Source: Eledone cirrhosa | Lineage: Eukaryota | Reading direction: 5' to 3' | NCBI GenBank assembly: GCA_964016885.1 | Contig: OZ024743.1 | Span: forward strand, 218,302,001 to 218,366,000 | DNA: 64,000 bases | Shown here: in pieces, positions 40,118 through 52,849 of the stretch | Position numbering within the stretch: position 1 is the stretch's first letter | Layout: every line of letters starts with the position of its first letter | Translations under genes and position numbers: made by a program | The notes under the pieces: generated by a model | What the model was told of the DNA's origin: nothing | Databases searched by the model: none | The model's input: only the letters and a program-made list of their open reading frames with translations

Positions 40118-40164
40118 TGCTCCGAAGAATCCAAACCTCGGTTTGGAGGAAACAATTGTAAGCA
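40118..40164 (+). ncRNA. Minimal hammerhead, U4C core (right arm of an inverted repeat)
   Basis: tgct-CCGAAGA-atccaaac ctcg gtttggag-GAAAC-aatt-GTA-agca. Confidence 0.8.
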
Positions 40165-40199
40165 TAGAAATGATTTGATCAGAACTTTGATTCTTATAA

Positions 40200-40255
<56 letters not shown>

Positions 40256-40506
40256 GAGTGTGAAAGACCAAAGGTCATTATTGAAAGTCTCTGGATTTCG
40301 CAAAATACATAATATTTATTATTGGAGAAGGTAGGATATTTTTCCGCAAAAATTTGATTGCACTGTTTTTTTTCCACTTAGATATTTTTGAAAATGTTTT
40401 TTATTCATTTTAAAAATTAATTGATAGTATTTTATATGTAGGTAGGCTCCCTTCATCTGGCAATCAATATTTTTAGACCTAGTCCGCCACTGTATATATC
40501 TATCTA

Positions 40507-40558
<52 letters not shown>

Positions 40559-40992
40559 CGAGTAGGACCCCGACGGCTGAGCTCAAGCCGTTTCGACGGT
40601 TAATTCTGGATTGAATGTCCAGAATTAGCCGTCGAAACGGCTTGAGCTCAGCCGTCGGGGTCCTACTCGTTCCTATTACCCACTCTACTACCCTAAGTAT
40701 TGAGTACTTTGGTGCGTTTTGGTCCATCTGGTTCCTTACCACATTTCCTTCGTTATATATATATATATATAATGCCAATCATTGTATGTTTGAATCTAAA
40801 TGACATGCAAAAACATATATATAGGAATAAGGTAAGCCCTAATCATAGTAGATTCAAATATCACGAAGAGATGAAGAGGGGTGGGGAGAAATGAGGTGCA
40901 ACAGAAATGAGACATGGATTGCAGGTTTAAATGTAGTCTAAATAGATGAGAAACAAAACGAGGATGTAGTTTATGGAACACCCACATGATTT

Positions 40993-41448
40993 AGAAGTCG
41001 ACCTCAGTAGGAGCTATAACATTAAGAAATACATGAACGACACCACATCATTTTGTTTTGAAAATTTTGAAAGTATGTTTATAAGTATGAATTTTCATAA
41101 TAGTGTTTTAGTTGTCTCTGTGGCCGAGTGGTAGGTACTAGAGACAGTGGATATCCTGACCTTGGGTTCAATCCTGGTCAAGAGGTGCATGTAACCTTCT
41201 TTCAGTTTTTATTTTACAACCAATAGAAAAAAACTGAAAAGGTTTACCTGGAACCTACTTCCGACCAGGATCGAACTTCAGACCAGGATCACCACCGTCT
41301 ATGATTCCTCCAGCTAGGCCACCCAGGCACCTACAAAAGTATAATGAAAATTGATAATTATAAACTTACTTTCAAAATTAAAGTTAAAAAGATGTGGTGT
41401 CGCTCATGGCTTTCCTGGAGCTATTAGTAATATTTAGGGTCGACTTCT
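40993..41448. repeat. ~450-bp imperfect fold-back with two convergent tRNA-like heads (second copy ~56619-57062)
   Basis: Ends AGAAGTCGACC/GGTCGACTTCT. Plus A-box 41121-41131 and B-box 41164-41174; minus A-box ~41310-41321 and B-box 41268-41277; central T-runs on each strand. Confidence 0.75.
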
Positions 41449-42253
41449 GGTCATTATTGAAAGTCTCTGATTTCGCAAAATACATAATATTTTTTATTGG
41501 AGAAGATAAGATATTTTTCTGCAAAAATTTGATTGCACTGTTTTGTTTCCACTTATGTATTTTTCGAAAATATTATTTATTCATTATAAAAATTAAATGA
41601 AAGCATTCTATTTGTAGGTGGACCCCCTTCAACTCCTGGCAACCAATATTTTTAGACCCAGTCCGCCACAGTACATGAGTGTCTACAAATATATATTTAT
41701 ATTAGCAGTTCACACAGAATTGCATTACTTAAAGATTTACAGAACCCCACCCTCAATAAAAAAAAAAAGCGCTGGTCATTCGGCTGCTTATTACTACCTG
41801 GGGATCGGGGCTAATTTTCATTGGTTAGTTTTAATCACGTGATGGAATCTTTGTCTCGGTTCCTACAGATATACTGGTTCAATTGAAAATGAGACCCACT
41901 CATCAACTAATAGGATTTAATCTTATTTCAAAGTTGTGAACGTCTCAGCTTTCAGAACTAAGCTTCCCAACGATCCAACTTCTTTCGTCTGTGAAACTTC
42001 AAGAAGAAATTTTAAATGAAATTCTTAATGCAAATATTTAAATTCCATCAAACGTATAGATTGTTCTTTTATTTATGTGTACACCTAACTGTATATACTC
42101 ATATATTTGTATGCATAATATACATATTTATATGCACACACACACACACACGCAGAACACAGGCATGTATATGTGCTTACGCGTGCGTGTGTGTGCTATT
42201 TATGCATGTGTATATGTGTAGTTGTCTGTGCTATTGTTTGTATTTATGGACAC

Positions 42254-42298
<45 letters not shown>

Positions 42299-42468
42299 TA
42301 TATATATATAAATATATAACGAAGGATATGTGGTAAGGAACCAGGTGGACCATAACGCACCAAAGTACTCAATACTTAGGGTAGTAGAGTGGGTAATAGG
42401 AACAAGTAAGACCCCGACGGCTGAGCTCAAGCCGTTTCGACGGCTAATTCTGGCGTCTTACTTGTTCC

Positions 42469-43137
<669 letters not shown>

Positions 43138-43236
43138 GTGACTATATATGTGTGTGTCTATGTATATATATATATATATGTTTGTGCCTGGGTGTGTTGG
43201 TGTCTGTATGCTTGTAAGTATGTATGTATGTACACG

Positions 43237-43349
<113 letters not shown>

Positions 43350-43764
43350 ATACGTATGTAAGTGTGTGTTTGTGTATGTATATATATATATATATATATA
43401 TATGGGGGGGTGCGTGTGTGTGTGTGCGTGTTGACATGTGTGTCTTTGGAAATAGGTGCGTATGTGTTTCAGATCGATTTATTGTCGATATAATAATGAT
43501 TGATCAGTTTCTTTGACCATTCCCATAATTAACTCAACTCTGTTTAAAAGAAAATCATCAAGATGATGGCAATTGATGGAGACTGACAAAAACACTATCC
43601 ATCAATAGCGCATATATCACAGGAGATTACTTGCTGCAGTAACAATACTATACCATTTACAAGCCTGTCGGAACTCTGCAGTAGTAAAGACGTCTTCGTC
43701 TGGGGACAATTAATTTCATGCCTGCATCGTCATCCCCCACAACCCCCACCCACTTCCTATCTGA

Positions 43765-44553
43765 TGTGTATATGTGTGTATGTATGTTTGTATGTATGTG
43801 TGTATGTGTGTATGTATGTATGTACGTATGTATGTATGTACGTATGTATGTATGTATGTATGTATATATGTACGTATGCATGTATTAAGTACGTATGTAT
43901 GTATGTATGTATGCATGTGTGTATGTGTGTATGTGTGTATGTATGTATGTATGTACGTACGTATGTACGTATGTATGTATGCATGTGTGTATGTGTGTAT
44001 GTGTGTATGTATGTATGTATGTATGTATGTACGTATGCATGTAATGTATGTACGTATGTATGTTTGTATGTATGTATGTATGTATGTATGTATGTATGTA
44101 TGCATGCATGTATGTATGTAAGTACGTATGTATGTACGTATGTATGTATGCATGTGTGTATGTGTGTATGTATGTATGTATGTATGTATGTATGTATGTA
44201 TGTACGTATGTATGTACTTATGCATGTAAGTACGTATGTATGTACGTATGTATGTATGCATGTGTGTATGTATGTATGTGTGTATGTATGTATGTATGTA
44301 TGTATGTATGTACGTATGCATGTAATGTATGTACGTATGTATGTATGTATGTATGTACGTATGCATGTATGTAAGTACGTATGTATGTACGTATGTATGT
44401 ATGCATGTGTGTATGTGTTTATGTGTGTATGTATGTATGTATGTACGTATGCATGTAATGTATGTACGTATGTATGTATGTATGTATGTACGTATGCATG
44501 TATGTAAGTACGTATGTATGTGCGTATGTACGTATGTATGTATGTGTGTATGT
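43765..44553. repeat. (TATG)n-derived higher-order microsatellite
   Basis: Recurrent gtacgtatgcatgt / gtaatgtatgtacgt units. Confidence 0.95.
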
Positions 44554-45704
44554 AGGAAATGAACCAGTAAATCCTGAGGGAGTCGTGGGAGCACCGTAGT
44601 GATATACGGCGTTTCTTGGGCTTTTATTCATGTCAGGCGAAACCCATCTCCCCTCCAGATTTCTTCCAGGGAAAGAGGTAGAGTGGTAGAAAGGAAATGG
44701 GAAAGAGGTCTAGAGGGAGAATCGAGTCTAGTACTAGACTGGTTCTTTTTTATCGACCTCGGTGGTATTTGAACTCAGAGAGCAGAAAGCTGGAACGAGT
44801 ACTGCTAAGCATTATATCCGACGTTCTAGCGACTCTGCCAATTCACCGTCTTTTATACACTGTTAACTAGCATATAGCAGAATGGTTAACAAGTCAAGGG
44901 TGGAAAAGTAGTGATCATGACCGTTGTCGGGGACTCCAAGACTGGAGACGTGACTTGACTACTAGCAACAGGGTAAAGTGAGCTGAATCTACTCAGAGGC
45001 AGCGAAAGATCAGGTGGTGGTGTTAAATCAGACGATGGATTAAGACTAACATCCCAAACCAGACTTTCATAACAGACTTTCATAAAGTTTCCGTAAACGA
45101 AATTTTACTCAAAGACACTTCTCTAAGGCAGTGTGCACTGGGATTAAACCTGACACCACATACTTAGCAAACGATTATCTTAATCATACAACCATGACTG
45201 TACCTATAATATTCCTAACAAGCAGTATTATGGGCAAATTTAATATAACCAAAATATAAGAAAGCTAATTCAGTGAAATGAAATGTACTCTTGAAAATAT
45301 ACCCTGTCTAGCCGAACGTAATAGTGACATTTCATAATATAACAGTGACACGTCATAATCATCCTTCTAATTGGCATACTACCCTAAAGCTTTGTAAAGA
45401 GATTACACTAAAATGAATTACATTCGTACAAGCCGCATTATTACATCAAAATATACATAGTAAATGCATTTTTTTTTCAAGAGCTCCAACAGGAATGCTA
45501 CATCTCTGTCACAACATATTTAAAGTTTAAAAGAAATCAACATTAACAAAAGCCTATATATTGTTTTATAATTTAAACAAGCTCTTCATATGTTGTGAGA
45601 TTAAAGTGGTTGATAGTTAACTAAAACACCAATAGGTTGATATAAAGGAATTTCAGAATGTAGATATGGAGAGGAATTGTGGGAAATATTTAGTGAGGTA
45701 TGTT

Positions 45705-45722
45705 GTGGTGATGGTGGTGTTT

Positions 45723-45757
<35 letters not shown>

Positions 45758-45830
45758 GGTGGTGGTGGTGGTGGTGGTGGTGGTGGTGGTGGTGGTGGTG
45801 GTGGTGGTGGTGGTGGTGGTGGTGGTGGTG

Positions 45831-45904
<74 letters not shown>

Positions 45905-45955
45905 GGTGGTGGTAGTTGTAGTAGTAGTAGTAGTAGTGTGGTGGTGATGGTGGTT

Positions 45956-46001
<46 letters not shown>

Positions 46002-46146
46002 CAGTAGTAGTAGTACTAGTAGTAGTAGTAGTAGTAGTAGTGCTGGTGGTGGTGATGGTGATGGTGGTGGTGGTAGTGGTCATAGTAGTAGTAGTAGTAG
46101 TAGTAGTAGTGATGGTGGTGGTGGTGGTAGTAGTGGTGGCGGCGGC

Positions 46147-46206
<60 letters not shown>

Positions 46207-46223
46207 GGTGGTGTTGTTGTTGT

Positions 46224-46287
<64 letters not shown>

Positions 46288-46303
46288 GGTGGTGGTGGTA
46301 GTT

Positions 46304-46356
<53 letters not shown>

Positions 46357-46423
46357 GGTGGTGGTGGTAGTGGTGGTTGTAGTAGTCTCAGTAGTAGTAG
46401 TAGTAGTAGTGGTGGTGGTGGTT

Positions 46424-46469
<46 letters not shown>

Positions 46470-46473
46470 CAGC

Positions 46474-46508
<35 letters not shown>

Positions 46509-46535
46509 CAGCAGCAGTAATAGTAGCAGTAGTAG
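45705..46535. repeat. (GTA)n/(GGT)n compound microsatellite
   Basis: Direct reading; source of the poly-Thr/Val/Gly pseudo-ORFs. Confidence 0.95.
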
Positions 46536-46774
46536 TTACCACTGTAGAAAACAAAAGCCATACGAATCATAGTTCGGCTTGCTAGAAATAGCAAACATAT
46601 CTCCCTCAAATCACCCACTATCGTTTTACAAAAAGAACACAATAGACAATAGGTCTGTTCGGTCAGTGTTAAATTGAATTTAAACCAAAAGACTCTACAT
46701 TTGTATTCTAAGGTCTATTGTTTAAAACAAAAGGCATGGTATGGTCCCGTAACCCGCGGTGAAGTGGAAAGGAC

Positions 46775-47073
46775 ATCATAGCGAAATACGGCGTTTTGGG
46801 GCATTTTAAATCTAGAGGATCCCATCCCCACTCCAGGTCTAAGTAGAGCAGATTTCTTCCAGAGAAGGATAGAAAGTGAGAGAATGGAAGTGAGAAAGAG
46901 ATATAGAGGAAGAATCGACCGCAGTACCTAACTGGTACGTTCTTTTATCGACCTCGAAAGCATGAAAGACGAAGCTGAGCTCGGTGGGATTTGAACTCAG
47001 AGAGCAGAGAGCCGAAAAGAATACTGCAAAACATTATATTCGACGTTCTAACGACTCTGCCAATTTACCGCCT
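46775..47073 (-). mobile_element. SINE variant with the same head/core but a different, longer 3' tail (also 20615-20855, 44590-44850)
   Basis: Three copies share ATTTCTTCCAG.GAA..A..AGA..GTGAGAGAATGGAAGTGAGAAA next to the SINE core. Confidence 0.7.
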
Positions 47074-47891
47074 TGTTAAAAAGAAAAATACACCCTGAAA
47101 CCAACCACGGTATTGACTAATAAAAGTCAGTTAGAAATATTTTGAGAAGTCAATTTATTTAAAATAAATTCAAATACAGTTTGAAATATCTAATCATTCA
47201 AATACACGAAACTTAGAACAACTCTAAGTAAATTTTCAGTTATAATCATCATCGTCGTTTTAATGCCCGCTTTCCCTGTTAGCAAAAGTTGGATGGGTCT
47301 ACATAGGCCAAGTCAGTACTGAAGCGGAGCTACTGATCTCTCAGACAAGGCAGGGATATGTGTCTCACTTATGTAAGGTCGCAGGTTCTACTGAGTGCAC
47401 AGGAGAGGTCGTTATGTCTTTGACCCAACTGAGGGTCCACCACCCTATGCTTGGCAAAATTTCTACGACTGAATATCCTTCCTATCACCAGTAAATAAGT
47501 TGTCTTTATTTCTCTAGAAACGGATAAATCACCCTGTCATTAATCTTCGTTGCCCTGAGTGAATGCACAATTCATGGACTAGATGTTATCAAAACAAATA
47601 TATGTGAAAATTAATTTATATTTGTTCCCCTCGGCTGGAACGTAAATAAATGAATACTGTATAGAGGTAAGAGAGTTTACGTAAATGTGTATATGAATTT
47701 ACAAATTGAGATTTTAAACATTTCTACATATCAAATCCGTGTATTTTCCCGTAAATTTTAGAAAACAATAAATATCTTGAATCGATTTTCGAATCTTTTG
47801 GGGGTTATCATCGGAAGATACGTATATCATCTAAAAGTAAAACAAGAAAAATACGCGAGGGGTTTATAATACCATTTCGTTTATAGTAGTA

Positions 47892-49320
47892 CTAGCAGAA
47901 TGGCCCGGCGTTGCTCGGGCTTCTAAACATAGATTGGCATGTTTATCCCTCCTTTCTGAAACAGTACAGAGAAGTACGGAATACCTCAGCCTGGGGATGG
48001 TGTCTACATTTTGTGCTTAGGGAAATAATTTTCCATTAAGATTTTTCAAAAGAATGTAATTGCGTTCCCTCTATTTTTTGTTGTTTTTGCTGCTGTTGGT
48101 GTGATAGTAGCAGTTGGTCGTACTACTAACACAGTCTCATCCTTCATCAGCCAATCGTGTATATCCCCTTCTGCCTCGTCTACCTAAACAATGATTGTAG
48201 CACCTCCTTGTACACAATGTTCCTTGTTCTTCCGTGTCGGACATATGCAAAGAGATTTGTCTTGCTTCCCACTCTTGAGCAGCCAATGTATGGTTGCCCG
48301 TGTCAAAAACATGACTCTTCCAAAAGAAGACCAGCAACAGCTAGGATCTGACCCTGGGATTTGTTGATAGACATTGCAAAGCTGACACGGTTCGGCGAAT
48401 GGTTCGTTGGTTGTCTGTTTCAAATGCTCTTCTGGTGGCAGTACGTTCAGCATCTTGCGACCGTCGAATAGCAGATTCCACTGACGATTCGTTTGCCCGC
48501 CTTGTTCTTTTTCTTGCCGCTTTCGCACTATTTCGGCCAATTGAGTATCTTTTCCTTCGAGGCATGACCTAAAAGCAGGACGAAGTACACTAAGACTAAC
48601 TGGTAGAGTAAGGAGTAAACTCGTCAGTGATGCATGTGATTTCCGAACCGTTGACTATGTAATTGCTGGCCTTGTGCCAAAAGTAGTGGGACTTTTGGGG
48701 TGGCATATCGGCAGTAACAATGACGATAAGCCGTCTGTGCTTTCGTGAAATAAATACGTTTGTTTATATTTTGTTTTTGTGTATGCAAAAATATCTGTAC
48801 ACGAATATATAATTATATATATATATTAAAATAACAGATTAAAGTTTAAGCAAAGAATCTTCTGAAACTAAAAAAATCAATCTGTGAACGCAGAAGTAAA
48901 TATTTCGAAAAGCGTTGCAACCGAAGGAAAACAGGGAGACGATACTTTGGTTTGTGAAGACGTTCCTTAGCAATGAACAGAAAATAGCGAAGATAATACG
49001 TCAGCAATGAGAACAATATTTGTCATAATGTCGTAATGCAGACAGCCAGACATACAGACAGATATTATAAGGGCGCGACGTTATAGCTATGTATCTATCT
49101 AAAAAGACAGACTAAGAAAGAGAGAGATCGGTAACCGGCGCCTAACACCCCTTTAACAACAGAAAATTGAAAAATAAAAGCTGCAGTTAGTATCTTTAGA
49201 CCGCAAGGAATATATAAATGCAAGTTTGAAGTCAATCGGAGTAGAAATGTGGATTTGTATAGACTTTGCAAAAATTAGGACACACACATAGACAATTTCA
49301 GTTTTATATATATGTATAGA
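47892..49320 (-). mobile_element. Internally deleted Helitron
   Basis: Minus strand begins TC (49320) and ends CTAG (47895-47892), inserted between A and T. GC-rich subterminal hairpin gcccggcgttgctcgggc at 47903-47920. Contains ORF 48341-48565 (MPRRKRYSIGR...RRANESSVESAIRR), resembling the basic N-terminus of Rep-helicase proteins. Confidence 0.82.
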
Positions 49321-50465
49321 TTACTGAAATAGGCGTACTAATTTGCATATTATTAGCACTCATGTTGGTAGTTAATGCGGATATATATGAAATTATGTGC
49401 TAAGCAGTCGAAGTATACGATTATTGTATTTGGTTATAGATTGTGTCAATGAATGGTGATTTAAAGAAAAACAACAAGAAAATGCAAGTAAAAGAACATT
49501 GTAATTTCATGTCAATCACTCACATACAATTAAAGATGTATGTATGTGTGTATATAACAAGGAAATAAATTGTGCGTATATAACAAGAAACGAGAAATAA
49601 AGTGTCTTGCTCAAGCACATAACACACCGCCCGGTCCAGGAATCGAACTCACAACCTCCTGATTATAAGCCTAACACTGACCTATGCACCCTCACTATAA
49701 TCAAGATAACTACAAGGAAATATATAACTACTGAAATTGACACAATCTATGATCAGATACATTCCAGGCCATAGTCATCTTGTCTATTTGTAGGGACATC
49801 TAAGACTATGATATATAATGCTTACTTCTTTATGTAAGACAGTACAGTTTAATTTAAAAGAGATTTTACGGCTATTTCTAGCAGGTCGAGTGACTTCCTT
49901 CCTTTTACATTGAAACAAGTCATCATAGTGAATTAATTACTTGGTCGCCATAGTTGTCGTCTTCGGGTGTCATTTACAAAGCTAATCTACACAGCTATAT
50001 ATATCCAAATATACACATGTAAACAGATATTTACAAACACAAGTGTGTAAATTGTAACCAAAGAGAAACTTAGGTTTCTCTAAAGGATTGGAATACTTTT
50101 AAGACATTTGGAATAGGAGAAACGTGTTTTCGATAGAAGGATGGACGAAACGGAGATAAATAAAGTAAGAAGGTGGAGAGGCAGAGATATGAACGTAGTA
50201 AAGACAGGTCTGTAAATAATAAGAGGTGGGCGAGAATAAAAACACAGGCAGCACCACCCCTTCCCATATATGTATGTATGTCTATATGTATATATATAAA
50301 TGTATGTATGTGTGTGTGAATGTGTATGTGTGTATGTATGTCATCATACTGAATTAATTACTTGGACGCCATAATTGTGTTTTTCAAAGCAATGCACACA
50401 CTGAGCACTCAATCCCACGGACGAGTTGTGTTATAAAACATTCTATTACATCCACAACACATTAT

Positions 50466-50524
50466 CCGAGTACATGTGTTTCATTAGGAAGATCTAAATA
50501 GACCCTCTCAGTTCATCAGTTTGG
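50466..50524 (-). ncRNA. Hammerhead with intact core but decayed stems
   Basis: Minus strand: ccaaa-CTGATGA-(imperfect hairpin)-GAAAC-acat-GTA-ctcgg. Confidence 0.55.
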
Positions 50525-50654
50525 CCATATATATTTATATATATATGTGTGTGGGGCGTGTGTCAAAATGAATGGACCTGTTATTTTTATCTAAAGACAT
50601 ATTTTTCCAATTCCACCCCGCCCGTCCCTTCAATCTATCTTATTTCTCATTCTT

Positions 50655-50690
50655 TCTTCTGGTGAAGGACTAGCGTCCGGAACGTTAAGA
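50655..50690 (+). ncRNA. Degenerate family-G hammerhead
   Basis: tctt-CTGGTGA-a ggac tagc gtcc-GGAA-cg-TT-aaga; the consensus with the 17924 copy restores the canonical core. Confidence 0.6.
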
Positions 50691-50771
50691 TCCTCTTCCT
50701 GCTATATCAAGCGTTAACCTAATATATATCTTCCATATACTGTACTGATTGCGTTATTTCTGTTTACCTTT

Positions 50772-50805
<34 letters not shown>

Positions 50806-50935
50806 AACTCGCACCACCAACAACACAAACGAAGACGGGTGAGTTGCATTACGTCGAGTGCTCTCCCTAATATTACATCAAGGTTGACTATACGGAATGA
50901 CCAGTTCTATCCAGTGGTGAACCAACACACCTAAA

Positions 50936-51055
<120 letters not shown>

Positions 51056-51234
51056 TTACACTAAATTTGGTAATTCGCGTTTACTAATAGGTCTTCAGCT
51101 GCCAAACTCATTTCACAGAAATATTTTATATTTGTATTTCATATAAGAAGATCTTCAAGACACACAAATATTTAAAACCCAACTGCACAGAACATTAATG
51201 AGCACGCTAGTCTACATTTTTTTGTTCATTATTT

Positions 51235-51405
51235 ATTAGGGTCGGACGCTATGCTTTGACTCATAGAGTTACGGTCCTTACCATTCTGAGTTCAAATCCC
51301 GCCGAGGTGAACTTTGCCTTTCATCCTTATGGGGTCAATAAAATAAAGTACGAGTGATGCACTGGGTAATTGCTGGCCTTGTACCAAAAGTAGAAACAAT
51401 TATTT
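51235..51405 (+). mobile_element. Major-family SINE (a partial minus copy follows at 51718-51808)
   Basis: B-box, core and tail. Confidence 0.8.
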
Positions 51406-52849
51406 ATTATCTATTATTTATTAATTTTACGTGGTAACAGAGCTGGACAGCAAAAGGTCTTCAGAGAAGAAATACCCCTCCCCCTCAAGCAAGTGTTCTG
51501 GTCCTTAATGTCTTACAGTAAGGGAGCTGGGCTGCATCTAGGTCATGACTCCAGGGTGCACTTCTGCTGACATTTAGCCATTCGGATACCGGAGCCTTGT
51601 GTATTTAAACTGTATCGAGATTTTGTTGACAGGATCTGGCTGGAACTCCTCCCCGATGCCTCTGCTTTCAAATGCTTTCTTTACTTTGGAAAATTAATGC
51701 TGGTAGCCATGGTAATAGTTGTTTCTACTTTTGGCACAAGGCCAACAATTACCCAGTACATTACTGGTACTTTATTTTATCGACCCCGTAAGGATGAAAG
51801 GGAAAGTTATGGTAATACATCAACAGCGTAACCGCCGGCGCCAACACTACAACCGCGACTTACTCAAAGTTACTTCCCTTAGCGTGCACAAAATACAAAC
51901 ACGGTACCCTCAAATGATATGGAGGTCGTTTTTATATATTAATCTATCCTGAGAAACAAAGCATTTATTATATAGAATTTTTACTCTCTATTTTTCTATA
52001 TATGCTTACCTAATGTTTGTTGTTACCTCATACTTTTATATTTTTATTGCATTGCTCCCATGAATATATCCTATTTCTAATCTTCCCCATAATCATTTAA
52101 TATACACTTATTTGGAATTTATATTTATATATATATATATATATGTATAAATTCCAAATAAGTGCATATATATGTGTATAAATTCCAAATAAGTTACATA
52201 TATATATAATCTAATTTAAAAACTTTGGGGATTTACATTGTTTTGCTTACTTATATTTTTATCTACTCATATTTCAATATGAAATATTTTCAAATTTGGT
52301 TATTACATCTAATGGCATAATGCTGTCGGTGTTGTTAGTTTATAAAAAATTCCTTACTTATAACTTTTAATTTTGACCAATAAATCCATCAATATCAATT
52401 TCTTTTTATATATCCACAATGATATACAAAACTGAATATATATGCTTTTAGTAAAGATCGGAGCTAACAGTTCTACATCAGATTACTAGTAACAAGAAGT
52501 GAAAGAGAAACTGGAACTATTCTAGATAGGATAAAAATCAGATTACGTTGTATTAGATTGCGTTGGGTAATAGCATGGTTTTATGTAATATATTAATGGA
52601 ATCTATCTTTATATCAAATCTAAGTTGAACAACTCATAGTAAATTGGATATCATGCACTGACTTCTAAAGCTTAGCTATTTAAGAACTAAACATTTTTGG
52701 AATTTAGCAGAAAGTATATTAAATTTAAACAATCTGTATATTTATATTACACAAATACAAGGTTAAGACAAATATATGTATGCATTTTACCGCATACACA
52801 TACACATATATGAACGTGTGTGTGTGTATGCATATATATATATATATAT

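Noticed and set aside
41114-41187. Functional tRNA gene
   Set aside because: Has A/B boxes but no clean cloverleaf or anticodon arm; part of a repeated fold-back.
45601-46585. Poly-Thr/Pro mucin-like and poly-Val/Gly ORFs
   Set aside because: Pure (GTA)n/(GGT)n microsatellite.
52455-52490. CTGATGT...GCTCCGATC hammerhead-like remnant (minus strand)
   Set aside because: Both core segments are mutated; indistinguishable from chance.
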